Shown: positions 23,115-37,988 of the stretch, piece by piece
Numbering within the stretch: position 1 is the stretch's first letter
Layout: every line of letters begins with the position of its first letter
Assembly (NCBI GenBank): GCA_051362555.1
Contig: CM120649.1
Location: 744,001-808,000, forward strand
Source of the DNA: Lingula anatina
Taxonomy: Eukaryota; Animalia; Brachiopoda
Direction: 5' to 3'
Length of the DNA stretch: 64,000 bases
Made by a program: the position numbers and the translations under genes
Notes under the pieces: generated by a model
The model's database searches: none
What the model saw: only the letters and a program-made list of their open reading frames with translations
Told to the model about the DNA's origin: nothing

Positions 23115-24457
23115 AACATTAACTGGCCAGAAGTTCACACAGGTAATATGTAAATATACGACTAGCTCTCACACCCCCAGTTTCAAGGTCCCAATATCTG
23201 TTTATCTTATCTGTACGACCACACCCATAAGAGTGCACAGGTGCTCTGAAACTCAGGGTGTAATACTGGGCCTTATACACAGTTTATGAGGAAAAACAAT
23301 TCAAATTCTGTTTTTTTAAAGAATAAATTATGTTTCATTTGGCTATGTACATTTTTTTTTTCATGGCAAGTAGATGAATAGTGGAAAACGACTGAAGGTT
23401 TCTGAAAGCAAATGAAGAATTGTGAAAAAAATGTTATCACTAGCTTAACTGAGTCACTGGGTCACAGCAATATTTTTTCACATCACATTTCATGAATATG
23501 TATTAACAATGTGCCATAAAACACTTTTCTGTACATAAAACATATAGAAAATAATTTCCAACTTTCATGATTAACTAGATATATATAGATTTTAACTCAT
23601 ATCACTCATTTTTGAATGTACATGTACAAATAATGTTTTCTTACTCACAGTAAGTACTAACAGCATAATCCCGTCAATACTACTTCAATGGAACATCTAG
23701 TGTCATTCTATAAATACATATCAAAACTTAACATCTTACATGTTCATTTATTTGCCAATTTTGTAGACAAATACGTGATAAACCTCCTTCACAATGGCAT
23801 TTTTTTTCTAGTTTATATACAAGGTAACAAGGTAAGAAGGTAACCAATTTGCTCAAGACTACAGTTCACTTCTTAATTTCAATCATCTTAACTCCCAAAT
23901 AATTGTTATTATGCAAAGTCTTTTGTCAGACTACTGCTATCTTGGTTCGTCTAAATGGACTAAAGGACAACTTTTGGTCTAAAATCTTTTGCTATACTGG
24001 CGGGTTAGACAGGGTCCCTTTGAGGTAGGTCCCAAGTTCCCACCAACTAAAACAGCTAAGTCCTGGCCTAGATTTTAACCCACGTGCATCCTAAACTGTA
24101 TGAATATAAAGTACGGTGGACTCTATGTTACACAGACTCTACATTTCTTTACACTAGTCCAATATGGCTGTGATAAAACTGCATATGTGGGCGTATTACC
24201 AGACATTTAGATCGATCTATCCCCGTGGGGAGTCTCACTAGATTACTTTCAGATAATCCGACTTAAATGTCCATCCCGCCTACTACAAGCTGTAAGAGGG
24301 TAATTAACTTTCGTGTCCGCCTGGCTGACAGCTATTTAGCGTGAACCCCCAGGGAGTTAGGTCGATCTAAAGTAGGTCGATCTAATCTATGGAAATGGGG
24401 TCTTAGTGAATGTTTTAAGTCAGCCAGTAGAATAAGTGTGAGAAATGTTTATAACTT

Positions 24458-24615
24458 TGGCCCCATTCAGAATAAGGGACTAACTAGTCCGAGGGTCAAA
24501 TATGACAACACACTACAAAGCTTGCCATCTAATCCGCTAATAGACACTGAATAGATATCCTGTGGGGAAGTATTCAAGTGGGTCGGCCATATTTGACCAT
24601 CAGACTAGTTAGTCC
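24458..24615. mobile_element. MITE family A, copy 2 (opposite orientation, one end truncated)
   Basis: Same TIR and internal sequence as 6154-6330. Confidence 0.8.
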
Positions 24616-24786
24616 TTTCACTAGGAAATTAGTCCTTTCACTAGGTAATAAGTATAGTTCCAGTATCTAAGTTGTACATATTTCTCACAACTACATATAA
24701 ATCCAATACCAGAGACACTGTGTATCTGGAATACATGTATGCCAAACGTGCTGTGATGCACGTCCTAAACATCACTCATCAACAAG

Positions 24787-24822
<36 letters not shown>

Positions 24823-26908
24823 ACGCGTGTGTTTGTGTAACATACACAATATGTGATTCCCACTCATGTATATCACATACCTACATGTATCACCTGCTCA
24901 TAATGTATCTTTTACTTTTTTACCCAACACCTAGTATAAGCTGTACAACATGATATTTCTATACATTCATGTCATAAAACAATATAAATACATTGTACAG
25001 GGTATCTTGTTGGTTAAAATAGGTTCTTAACAGGCAAAAAATTTTTTTTCTACATAGGAGACATAGGTACTATGATGCATTTGTGGTAGTGAAGCCTCAT
25101 CAGTAGAATAAAATGTTAAATCTTTATAGAAACTATTTATATTTTACAACTATCACACAAAAGATAAAGAAAAATCTATTTCTCCACATTATAAATATAA
25201 TTAAAACTACTATAGCATACAATAAGTTACCCACCATAAAAAGTAACAGATACATGAAAAAGTCTCATAAAGTTAAACATGATTTGGTCTCATATTCTTC
25301 ACTGTGGTCAAATTGTGTCAAATAATCTATCAAATTCGATTATATATTTCATAAACCTGACTTATTTCATACTTCATATTTGTTCCCTTTTAGATAACTT
25401 AATATCTGGATATGCACAGATAATTATTTGATAAACAAAACATTTTGGATGGACATTAACATCAAGACATTTCTAAGTTACAAAGTTAGTCACAGAAAAA
25501 GCATCAAAACATTACTGAAAATTACAAAATTAGTTCTAGATCTAAAAATAAAAATACATTCTACAAAACAGCTATAAAATGTCAGTGGGTGAAAAATAGA
25601 AATGTGAGTATTAAGTTTACATAGCATTTACAACCAACAAATAACTTCTCGGGTTGGAGACACGTTCTATTTTCTTTCAAATAAAATTATGCAAATTAAA
25701 AAAATTATTAAAAAGTTATAAGAAAAGTTATGGAAATAATTGTGGAGAAAGACATAGCAAAGTGGCTCCTAGTGAAGCCTGCTCACATACTTGACTAACT
25801 TAGGTCAGTCACAGACTAAATTACATCATTTGAGATCCTAGGACCTGTGGTCTGGTTCACAACAGAACAAGCTCTTTAGACCAAAATTTTAGTTTGTTTC
25901 GATTAAATGGCAAATGTAATCAATAGCAGTCTCCTTACAAGTGCTTGTTTTAAAAAAAGAAGGGTGGAACTCTTGTTTCAGACCAATATCCACTTTATCC
26001 CAGTGGATTACTAAGTCTTCATCTTGAACTGAGAAAGGCCAAACAATGGCATCAAAGTTTAGAACAGTTATAGGTCAAAGTTGTCTTGTGAAAATTGGCC
26101 ACGGTATTGCCACATGCCTCAATGCCATCCAATTCTAGGTGACCCATCTCATGTTTGTGAACAGACATATATATTACTAACTCACTGAAGCAATAGAAGG
26201 ACTCTACATAATATGTGCTGAATTGTGGGGCAATATGCTTTACTGTCACTGGTAAATCTAAAGATGTCAAAAGTGTGAAAAGAACAATCAAAATGTGACA
26301 AATTTGATTTAAAGTACCCTGCAGATCTCAAAGTGCTAGAACACAGTATGAGAGCCAAAGAAAACAGAACACAGATTTTACCCTACTATTACAAAAGGCC
26401 TCACACTGAGCCACACTTACTGAGCAGAATATTCCTACAGTTTGTTCAACTTCTGGCAAATTTACATCAAACACCAATAGACATAATAGCTTTTTCACAA
26501 GTGATTCTTCACGATATCTTGTTCTTTTTCAAAATAAGCATCATCAAGCATATTAATAAGCTCGCAAATGTCGAGATATGAAAAGCATAAAATAATTCTT
26601 TTGTTCGTGATATTAAAATGCTACAGAAAATTGTGTATACCTAGGTTTGCCACACTGAACACTTCATAATACGGGACAAAAATTTTGAAACGTTTCATCT
26701 TGTGCACCACTGCCATCTGGTGGACACAACTATAACACAATCTCTGGAATTGAGGAGAGTTCATGAATTAAACAAAATCAAAGTCAATCTTTCTATCATC
26801 CAACTTTTCAAATAATAAACCTGACATTTACCACAGATTTCACAAAACACAGCACTTTCATGTTTTTTGTGTCTACTGATCCTTCTATGTCTCCAGTGGA
26901 AGTAACCG

Positions 26909-27107
26909 TCATTGCTCTTGGTTGACACTGGGGTTGACGTCATCAGGGTCGGCATCGGGAGACTCAGTTTCTGTAGGAAACTCTTCAATGATGGACCTGC
27001 CTGCTCTCCAGCTCTGGATAGCCAACTGGAAACAATGAGGCATCTTTTATTAATTTCATCTCTTTTTAATTTTGTTATTTTATTGTTTTTTTAGTATACT
27101 ATCCCCC

Positions 27108-27154
<47 letters not shown>

Positions 27155-29691
27155 AAAAGGCAACAAAACACCCATATTTCTGAAATACATATATGTGCAG
27201 TTCTTGGTCTTTGGGGTAAGTGAGAAATGAACCCCATATATGCAGTCACAGGCCCTATAGGGTTTAAGGGCATCATGAATTTATAAACATATTGTGGATG
27301 TAGAGTTCTTTTCAACTACAGCACTACTTTCAAAAGTCACAGAATGAGACAAAGAGTTAATGCCCTTAAAACAATACCCTGTGAAACCTCTGTTAGTTTT
27401 TCCTCACCTTTATTTGACTGGGAGTCAGTTTGGACACTGTATCCTTGTCCATTCCAAACACAACTGTATTTAAGGCACCTGAAAAATAAATGTTTACCAT
27501 TAATAAACACAACAGAATGCAGTAGGGAGCATATCACCAGTCCAAGATAGTAGTTAATCAGTAGTGTAATCAGCATTTTCATTCTTTCTTAATTTTTATA
27601 ATTTTTATCTAATTATTAAATGTCTTTTTAAAATGAACCTTATTAATTCTGTAATTATTCATTTGTTTATGTCATTCAGTTAAACTGACTGCACTCAGCA
27701 AGAGTCCCTGCAGAGTTGGACAGATGGTATCTACGGCAATGGGGTTTTATTCTGATCAATCCAACTCTGCAGGGACTCTTGCTTAGGGCAATCAGCATAA
27801 CTGGATAACATGTCTCCTCCTGGCATTGAGCAGAATACAGGCAAGCTGGTGATAATACAAATATATACATTGGACACAAGAGGTGACGTAATTCAGTTAA
27901 GCTGATTGCCCTCAGCAAGAGTCTCTGCAGAGTTGGATTGATCAGAATAAAACCCCATTGCCGTAGATACCATCTGTCCAACTCTGCAGGGACTCTTGCT
28001 GAGTGCAGTTCAATCTTTGTAGATCCATGCTGTCTGTGGGAATAGGAGAATAGGGCTTTATTCTATTTATTTACCATGAAGTGGTGAGGAGATGACATGG
28101 AGTATTAACAGTGCAAACACAGGCTGGTGGTCTGAAGATACGGCATTCTGAATCCTGAAGTAGAAATAAAATAGTTCTGATGAAAATTATATCATGTAGT
28201 ACATGAAGTACGTGTTATGAATTAAAATGTTCCACATCTTAGTCTACACTGGTCTACACTTTTCAACTCCCCCCCCCACTCCCCGAATAAAAACAAATCT
28301 CATTTCAGTGCCCATTGAATACAATGAGGTGAAGATAATTCTCAACAAAGAAGGTATTCTTATTTGTTGTACGGCATAGAATTTTACCTGTTTATAAGTG
28401 GAAAGATGCTAACAGCTAAGTAAACAAATGGATACCCTCTCAGTGGCTTAATGTCTTCTTTCAGCATTTGCTACAAAAAGAAAATAAATTAAATATATAA
28501 TTGTTACTGTGCTGCATGTAAAGTAAGTTTCACTGAAATTAAGTTTCAACTGCGTCTTTCAGGTAAAAGTATGTCTCACAACCATATTATCATGATAAAT
28601 ATTGTTTTGTAGTCTTTTTTCAATAGAAAAGAGCACTGGCTAATAAATAAATAAACAGGTTGAAGTTCTTGAATGCAAAAAAACAATTTTGTTTCTCATG
28701 AATACCATGCAAAGTAGGATCCCTTCAAAACTGGTTTACATGACTGGTTGACATAAACTAACAAATACCAAAATGCTACACAGAAATGTATTTTAAATGA
28801 TTCCAAAATTATTCATGTGAAAAACTGACATTTTTTTCCAGTGAAAATGATTGAGCTGTTACCTTATTGTTTTGTAGTCTTCTTTTACCAGAAAAGAGCA
28901 TTGCCCAAAAAACAAATAAATAACAAGCTTGGTTGAAGTGCTCATATACAAACACAAGGAAACAAATAAAAAAAAAAAAATTACCTTATTTCTCTCCACA
29001 TCAGGGTCATAAGTGCCCTCCCAGGTGTGGACTCTCCTGTTGACTACCACCGTAATGTAGACGTAGACCACAAACAACAGGGCAATGATCAGGAATAGAG
29101 GCACATACCAGCTGAGAAAAGGACAAAAAAAGCTTTATTTATTTATTTATTCCCACCTCAGGGGTGAAAGACATAAAAGAGTACGTACATAAAATTGCAC
29201 ACAAAAGCCCAATAATAAAATCACATAATAAATCAGCTCTAGTATAAGTAATGAAATCATTCTAGAATGTGTTCAGGTTAAAATATAAGAAAGAGGAGTA
29301 TGAAAAATAAATAATACATATAATATATAATACAGAATACATGGTGTTTCACAAAAGAACTTTAGCTCATCAACTGGTCTGAACTATTAGGCCAGCCATT
29401 TGGTTGACTTTGGGTCAAGATCAATCCCTTGTAGTTCACTCAAATAAAGTACTCTCTGACCTCAGGGTGCTCTAGTAGTCTGTTATGTACAAAGTAAATT
29501 GGTCTGGCACCCTGTGTGATTTAAAGTTATTAGCACATCTGACATTTGTGACCCTCAATTCTTTAGTTTTAGTTAAAAATTGAAACATTTTATCTGCACT
29601 TAGGTTCATATCATTTTTACTTTTCTAGTTTATACATTTCTTATACTTACATGCCAAACCTCCAAGGCCACTCTGTGATCCAGCTAAAAAA

Positions 29692-29724
<33 letters not shown>

Positions 29725-32700
29725 TATAATAATAATAATAATAATAATAATAATCCATCTTGTCTCTGTGATTAGTTTCTTTAGCAAGTCAACATATGAT
29801 TACAGTTAAAATGTCTCTTTAAGTGATACTTGATAAACCTATCCAATCTTTACAAAAACTCCAAAATATCAGTTACAAAACACCGCAATTTTGTGTGACC
29901 TGAAATAAATTTAAGTATAAATATATCTTATAATCACCTTACTTGATAACATAGAAAATAGCTTGACTGAGACCAATAACTCTGTAACACATCATATGTA
30001 CTGTACATTCATGAGAGAGAGAGAGAGACAGAGAAGGAGGGAGAGAGACCTAAAAAAAACCTCTAAAGTTAAAACCCTCTCCCAGTGACAGCCATACTTA
30101 CCACCAAGCTCCTGATGGCCCGTATCTATCTCCAGCAAATGGTAGGCAGGAAATAATGATAGGTATAACCCAGCACACTATATGATATACCCTGAAAATA
30201 GACAGCATTAAGATAATTATGATAGGTATAACCCAGCACACTATATGATATACCCTGAAAATAGACAGCATTAAGATAATTATGATAGGTATAACCCAGC
30301 ACAATATATGATACACCCTGGAAATAGACAGTATTAAGATAATTATGATAGGTATAACCCAGCACACTATATGATACGCCCTGGAAATAGACAGTATTAA
30401 GATAATTATGATAGGTATAACCCAGCACACTATATGATATACCCTGAAAATAGACAGTATTAAGATAATTATGATAGGTATAACCCAGCACACTATATGA
30501 TATACCCTGAAAATAGACAGTATTAAGATAATTATGATAGGTATAACCCAGCACACTATATGATATACCCTGAAAATAGACAGTATTAAGATGATTATGA
30601 TAGGTATAACCCAGCACACTATATGATATACCCTGGAAATAGACAGCATTAAGATAATTATGATAGGTATAACCCAGCACACTATATGATACGCCCTGGA
30701 AATAGACAGTATTAAGATAATTATGATAGGTATAACCCAGCACACTATATGATATACCCTGAAAATAGACAGTATTAAGATAATTATGATAGGTATAACC
30801 CAGCACACTATATGATATACCCTGAAAATAGACAGTATTAAGATAATTATGATAGGTATAACCCAGCACACTATATGATATACCCTGAAAATAGACAGTA
30901 TTAAGATGATTATGATAGGTATAACCCAGCACACTATATGATATACCCTGGAAATAGACAGCATTAAGATAATTATGATAGGTATAACCCAGCACACTAT
31001 ATGATACGCCCTGGAAATAGACAGTATTAAGATAATTATGATAGGTATAACCCAGCACACTATATGATATACCCTGGAAATAGACAGCATTAAGATAATT
31101 ATGATAGGTATAACCCAGCACACTATATGATATACCCTGAAAATAGACAGTATTAAGATAATTATGATAGGTATAACCCAGCACACTATATGATATACCC
31201 TGAAAATAGACAGTATTAAGATAATTATGATAGGTATAACCCAGCACACTATATGATATACCCTGAAAATAGACAGTATTAAGATGATTATGATAGGTAT
31301 AACCCAGCACACTATATGATATACCCTGGAAATAGACAGCATTAAGATAATTATGATAGGTATAACCCAGCACACTATATGATACGCCCTGGAAATAGAC
31401 AGTATTAAGATAATTATGATAGGTATAACCCAGCACACTATATGATATACCCTGAAAATAGACAGTATTAAGATAATTATGATAGGTATAACCCAGCACA
31501 CTATATGATATACCCTGAAAATAGACAGTATTAAGATAATTATGATAGGTATAACCCAGCACACTATATGATATACCCTGAAAATAGACAGTATTAAGAT
31601 GATTATGATAGGTATAACCCAGCACACTATATGATATACCCTGGAAATAGACAGCATTAAGATAATTATGATAGGTATAACCCAGCACACTATATGATAC
31701 GCCCTGGAAATAGACAGTATTAAGATAATTATGATAGGTATAACCCAGCACACTATATGATATACCCTGAAAATAGACAGCATTAAGATAATTATGATAG
31801 GTATAACCCAGCACACTATATGATATACCCTGAAAATAGACAGTATTAAGATAATTATGATAGGTATAACCCAGCACACTATATGATATACCCTGAAAAT
31901 AGACAGCATTAAGATAATTATGATAGGTATAACCCAGCAGACTATATGATACGCCCTGGAAATAGACAGCATTAAGATAATTATGATAGGTATAACCCAG
32001 CACACTATATGATATACCCTGAAAATAGACAGTATTAAGATAATTATGATAGGTATAACCCAGCACACTATATGATACGCCCTGAAAATAGACAGTATTA
32101 AGATAATTATGATAGGTATAACCCAGCACACTATATGATACGCCCTGAAAATAGACAGTATTAAGATAATTATGATAGGTATAACCCAGCACACTATATG
32201 ATATACCCTGAAAATAGACAGTATTAAGATAATTATGATAGGTATAACCCAGCACACTATATGATACGGCCTGGAAATAGACAGTATTAAGATAATTACG
32301 ATAGGTATAACCCAGCACACTATATGATATACCCTGAAAATAGACAGTATTAAGATAATTATGATAGGTATAACCCAGCACACTATATGATATACCCTGA
32401 AAATAGACAGCATTAAGATAATTATGATAGGTATAACCCAGCACACTATATGATATACCCTGAAAATAGACAGCATTAAGATAATTATGATAGGTATAAC
32501 CCAGCACACTATATGATATACCCTGAAAATAGACAGTATTAAGATAATTATGATAGGTATAACCCAGCACACTATATGATATACCCTGAAAATAGACAGT
32601 ATTAAGATGATTATGATAGGTATAACCCAGCACACTATATGATACGCCCTGAAAATAGACAGTATTAAGATGATTATGATAGGTATAACCCAGCACACTA

Positions 32701-33726
32701 TATGATATGCCCTGAAAATAGACAGTATTAAGATAATTATGATAGGTATAACCCAGCACACTATATGATATACCCTGAAAATAGACAGTATTAAGATAAT
32801 TATGATAGGTATAACCCAGCACACTATATGGTACGCCCTGGAAATAGACGGTATTAAGATGATTATGAGCATATCCCAATATTGTATGTGCCAAGTGACT
32901 AAAAGGGTAGATTGTTTATTCAGCACACTGCCTCTAATGAAGCCAATAAACATTTTCTTAGCAATGCTAATTAAGACTCTGCTGTTAAGTTGCATTTCAC
33001 ATAAAACATTCTTTCAAGTTTGCAAGAGTGTGCGTGTGTGTGTGGGAGGGGGGGAGGGTAAGCAGACATCACACATGAAAAATCAGTTGGTCCAGTCTGG
33101 AGTAACGCTTTGGACTTAGTCTTGGTGGACACACTTTGAACTGATATCCAGTTTAAAGCTGTCCTGTCTTCACAGGCCTTAATGCAATCACCGGCTACTA
33201 AGTCTGACAACCTCTTACCATTCATATTTCTCAGTCTTCTTCATGGCTATCACCAGCATGGCAAGATTGAGAGTTATAGCACATACCCATAGCAGGACTG
33301 ACCAGTCTGAAAAGGACAAAAATATATTTAAACATCATAGTTTGACGTGGCACTTTTTGTGAGCTGGAATATTTACCTTCTAGTAGATTTATCAGAATGA
33401 GGTTGGGGTGTGTGTGGTAATCCATCCCCTCCCCCCCTTACAACAACCTCTTGTTACTGGGCTCTATTTACACACAAAAATATTTATAAGGATTGTTTTC
33501 TTTAAAGTATCATACTATCATTCCTCGTAACTAAAGGTAACCCTGTTAGGATAATAAAGAAGGAAATAAAAACAACAAAAACATTTTAAAAGCAGAATTC
33601 TGACTGAACAGACATATTGAAGTTAATATTTTGATAACACTAACCCAAACAATAATCAATATAAACAATAATTTTAAAACAAATATTATTTAAGGAGAGT
33701 AAACTAATCAAATAAATTATCTACAG

Positions 33727-33800
<74 letters not shown>

Positions 33801-35901
33801 GGTTGGAAACTCCTCCTAAAATTCAACCAGACAGCAGGACAGGTTACTCTTGAAAGTTACCTGTCCTACCATAAACCAACCTGTCCTCAAAAAATCGAGA
33901 GAATTATGATAATAATGTGCATGTATGACTAAATTTAATAATTCAAGACATTTTTGAATGTTGTTTTCTTTCAAACTTCATAAATAAAACTCATAATACC
34001 AGTGCTGTCTTGATACCAAAGAATCAAATTTATTTTTATATTCAGTTATGGTCTGTCCCCCCACCCATACATCATGGATTGCAAAAAAAAAAAAAAATAA
34101 TAATAATAAAAAAAAAAATAAATAAAATAAAATAAAATAATAAATATATATATGCACCATGCCAAATATCTATTAATACAAAATTATAGCAAAACCATTT
34201 GACAGAAACAAAATGCACCACAGTCAATACAGTCAGTACTGAAGAACAAGTATTTTAATTTAACTGAAGTATCTACATCACTGCAAATTTTCATGAAAGG
34301 AGCATTAAAATTCAAAACTGAACTATCAAATCATTGGCATGGTAAGCAGTAGCAGCTTGCAAGTAAAACAGTATCAGTTTGGTGAATAAAATTGATGAAT
34401 GTCAACTGCAAGTCACAGTGCCTGTCCTGATATATGAAAACCTCACTTGACCAAAGATCAAGTCATTCTGTTTGAATCTTCAAAATGTTAATTGAAAAAA
34501 AAAAACAAACTGCATTTACTCATGAGATTTTTGCTAAATGAATTCCTTTAATCATCTCCACCAGATTCACTGTAGTCATTATCATCCCTCTCTTCCATAT
34601 CTGAAAATCCGACTCGTAGCCCGAGTCAATAGATTTTGATGGTTGCTCACTTGGCATCTGAACGCTGGTGCCCTCCCTTTTACCTTGCTCCACATCAACA
34701 ATAATCTCCTCAAAGTGGTCAACAGCAGATTTGGGCTTGCATCTTTCCATGAAAGTTGGCCTTCTTGCCCCAGTGCTCCACTGAGTTATTGCTGGTTTGG
34801 GGACAAGTTCTTGAATTGTGCTTGAATGTAGCTGGATTGACATTAGCAGAATCATAGATTATGCTTTCAACTTGTTTTTATATCGATTCTTGATTATTTT
34901 CAACTGGGAAAACCCACGTTCACACTCTGCTGTATCAGCAAGTGTGAAAAAAAGCATACGTTTGGATTTCCTTCATCATAAGGCATTTTAACTAGTACTA
35001 TACAAAAATTTTTTTCAGTATTTAATAAAAATCTTTCTCCAATAAATTTACTGCATATTTTACCTGACTTAAATGGGTTACAAATGCGTGGTGACATTGG
35101 TAATATGATAAAGAAGACAATGTGGCAAACTAATGTAGCGTACATTTGAAATTTCTACGTCTTTAGAAGCACCGACATGCAACGAAAGTTTCTTGGCCTT
35201 CCTGAAAAAAATCATGAAAAGCGACCAGCGACGGAGGTCCGTAAAGACTACGACCAAAATAAGAGGCAGCGGACGATTGTTCCAAGTTGGAAAGCAGAGT
35301 TTAGTTGGCTGATATGTAACGAAAACCGTCAAATTTTATATCCGTTTATACCCGTTTATGGCCCGCTTTTGTCAAGGAAGAAATTTAACCGGTATAAAAA
35401 TGGACCCTTCGTTAAAGGATGCAAAAATTTAAGGCATCGTGAATTTACGCTACATTAGCTCACCATATTGTCTTCTTTATCATATTACCGATGTTACCTT
35501 GCATTTGATTGGCTTATTGCAGCGAATCTTCCCGCGACAAAAGTCGAGAGTAAGTCATTTAATGACATATCACTGACCTATATTCCTATATTTGGAATGT
35601 TCACGTGACTTATTGGTTTATCGCAGTGAAATTTTCCCGCGGTAAAAGTCGGAAGTACTCGATGTAATGACGTATCATTGACCTATTTTCCTATATTCAG
35701 AATGCTCATGTGATTTATATTGTAAACACTTATATATAAGTAAATGTGTGAATCTCAAAATCAAGAAAGACGCGATGTTTCACGCTCAGATCTACTGACG
35801 ACTTCAAAGTGCGGCCCGACCACAGGACGGTCTCCAAATTAATTTTACCCGTCCTCCATGAAATTAGACCGTCAAGGACGTTGGGACGGGCGGTTATTTC
35901 C

Positions 35902-35987
<86 letters not shown>

Positions 35988-37334
35988 AAATAAATTAAAT
36001 GAAAAATTAAAAAAGCTAATGGCGGGTTACTCACCAAAGAGAGTCATAAAGAAAGCCTGAAAATCACATAAAGGTCCATCAGGATGCATGTCTCCCTGAA
36101 ATGTGAAAAAAATCTAACATAGAAAAAACTATCATATTGACATACATATCATGGGCGTAACTAGGCATACGCACGGATGCACTGTGCGTACAATTTTTTT
36201 GCCAACCATGATATTATTTTATATAAATTTAGTGTATTTTTCACGGAATATAAAAGAAAATCCTCTGCTTATTAAAGTCACCTGTATGTACAAATCCTCT
36301 GTATCAATTGTAAAGGCACAGTTGTTCTGCCCCCCCTCAGTAAAGAAATACAAGTGTGTACAATTTTTAAAGGTCTGGTTACGCCCCTGCATATGTATAG
36401 TTCAAATACACTGAGCTTTATAAATTCTTCCTTTAAAAAGACACTGTCTATAGAAAAGTGTAATGAAGCTTACCTTTGTTTGAATAAAGGTAATTGTAAA
36501 AATATATTTATAATTATTAATATCATAAAAGCATATTTGGTTATATGCATTTTAATTTTACAGTTATATACACTTAACAATCAAAAATTATGAAAATATA
36601 ATACAGTGACTTTGCAATAATACTGAAAACTATATATTGATAGCTTTATACTTAAAAATAGTTTAAAACATCTTAAAGAGAAAAGGAAAGGGAGCAGAAA
36701 GACACTGATCATAAAAACATTTCAAAACTTTAATCAAACAAGTTTCTAAGACTTCTAGTGTAACTCCTCACCATTATATAAGCTATACTGTCCATAAATG
36801 CTGCTACACTAAGATATAAGATAAGTCTCTGAAAATGTGAAAAAAAAGTCCAAATAACTAAACTGTAATCATAATGCAAAAGATTGTGGTCAGTCTTATG
36901 CCAAGATGCAATTTTCAAAGTTAATATTTAACAAACAATAATAACACCAAATTAAATGTCAAATTTAAACGACCCTTCCTTCTTTAAATATGACAAGAAC
37001 AATAAAATTATCATTCTGTTATCTTTCATTCAGGTACTAGTAGAAACATAAACAAACAAACAGAGAAAATGCCCGTAAACAAAAGGTTGCTAGACAGGTT
37101 TGTGACAAACACTGTTAATATTAAGTTCCTTATCTCTTTGAATGACTGCAGTGAATTATCATTTCCGTATTTGATTCAACTCGACCTTTGTTACAGGTCA
37201 TTATGAGAACTGTCATAGTATTTAAGTTAGATAAATTTGATTGTTTGTGTGTGTGCATGTGTGTGTGTGTGTGTGGATCTGTATGTATTTGTGATAAGAT
37301 TGTGCATGTGCACTGAATGCTTGATCCAAGACAT

Positions 37335-37390
<56 letters not shown>

Positions 37391-37943
37391 TGTACATGTG
37401 TATGTGTGTGTGCAGGTGTGAGTACATTTGTGCACTACTTGTAATATATACATAGTATATAATCATGATATTTGTTTACTGACTCACCTGTGTAAATACT
37501 ATATATTTCCTAAATAATACAATCACTGATATCATGAAGATGCTGAAATATGGAAAAAAAAGAAAATGATTAAGAAATAAATAGAAAACAATAAGATCTT
37601 ACAATAAATAAATTTTCAGTAAAGATATATATACTTTCTACTCATCAAATATTATTGCTTAAGACCCAAAGAGTCACTGATACATATTTTATGTATAATT
37701 CATAACTTGAGATCAATTAACACATACTAGTATAGCATATCTGAAACCATATGTTTCTCCACAAATCATGTGTTAACATTTTGATCAGAAATGATGATGA
37801 TAATCCCAATTCACTCTCTTTGCAGATAACAGTCAAAGGCATTATCTCTTGGGTCATGTTTTTGAGCTTACCAATCTATTTACATAATAACACTATGTAC
37901 TAGTATATCTAGTATAATCTATATATATGATAAAATACTGCAT

Positions 37944-37988
<45 letters not shown>

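Noticed and set aside
30156-32868. CRISPR-like array
   Set aside because: Head-to-tail repeats with no unique spacers, no cas genes, and a eukaryotic intron context.
30126-32894. 922-aa repetitive ORF (and the 965-aa ORF) as a stand-alone gene
   Set aside because: Both are read-throughs of a 63-bp unit that lacks stops in two frames. The 922-aa frame is out of frame with the GPCR, and the 965-aa frame is meaningful only as an extension of exon 7. Two open frames also show that openness alone is not evidence of selection.
37227-37466. ORFs with HTHT, CVCV, LSLS, YIYI or RERE runs here and elsewhere
   Set aside because: They are translations of dinucleotide microsatellites.
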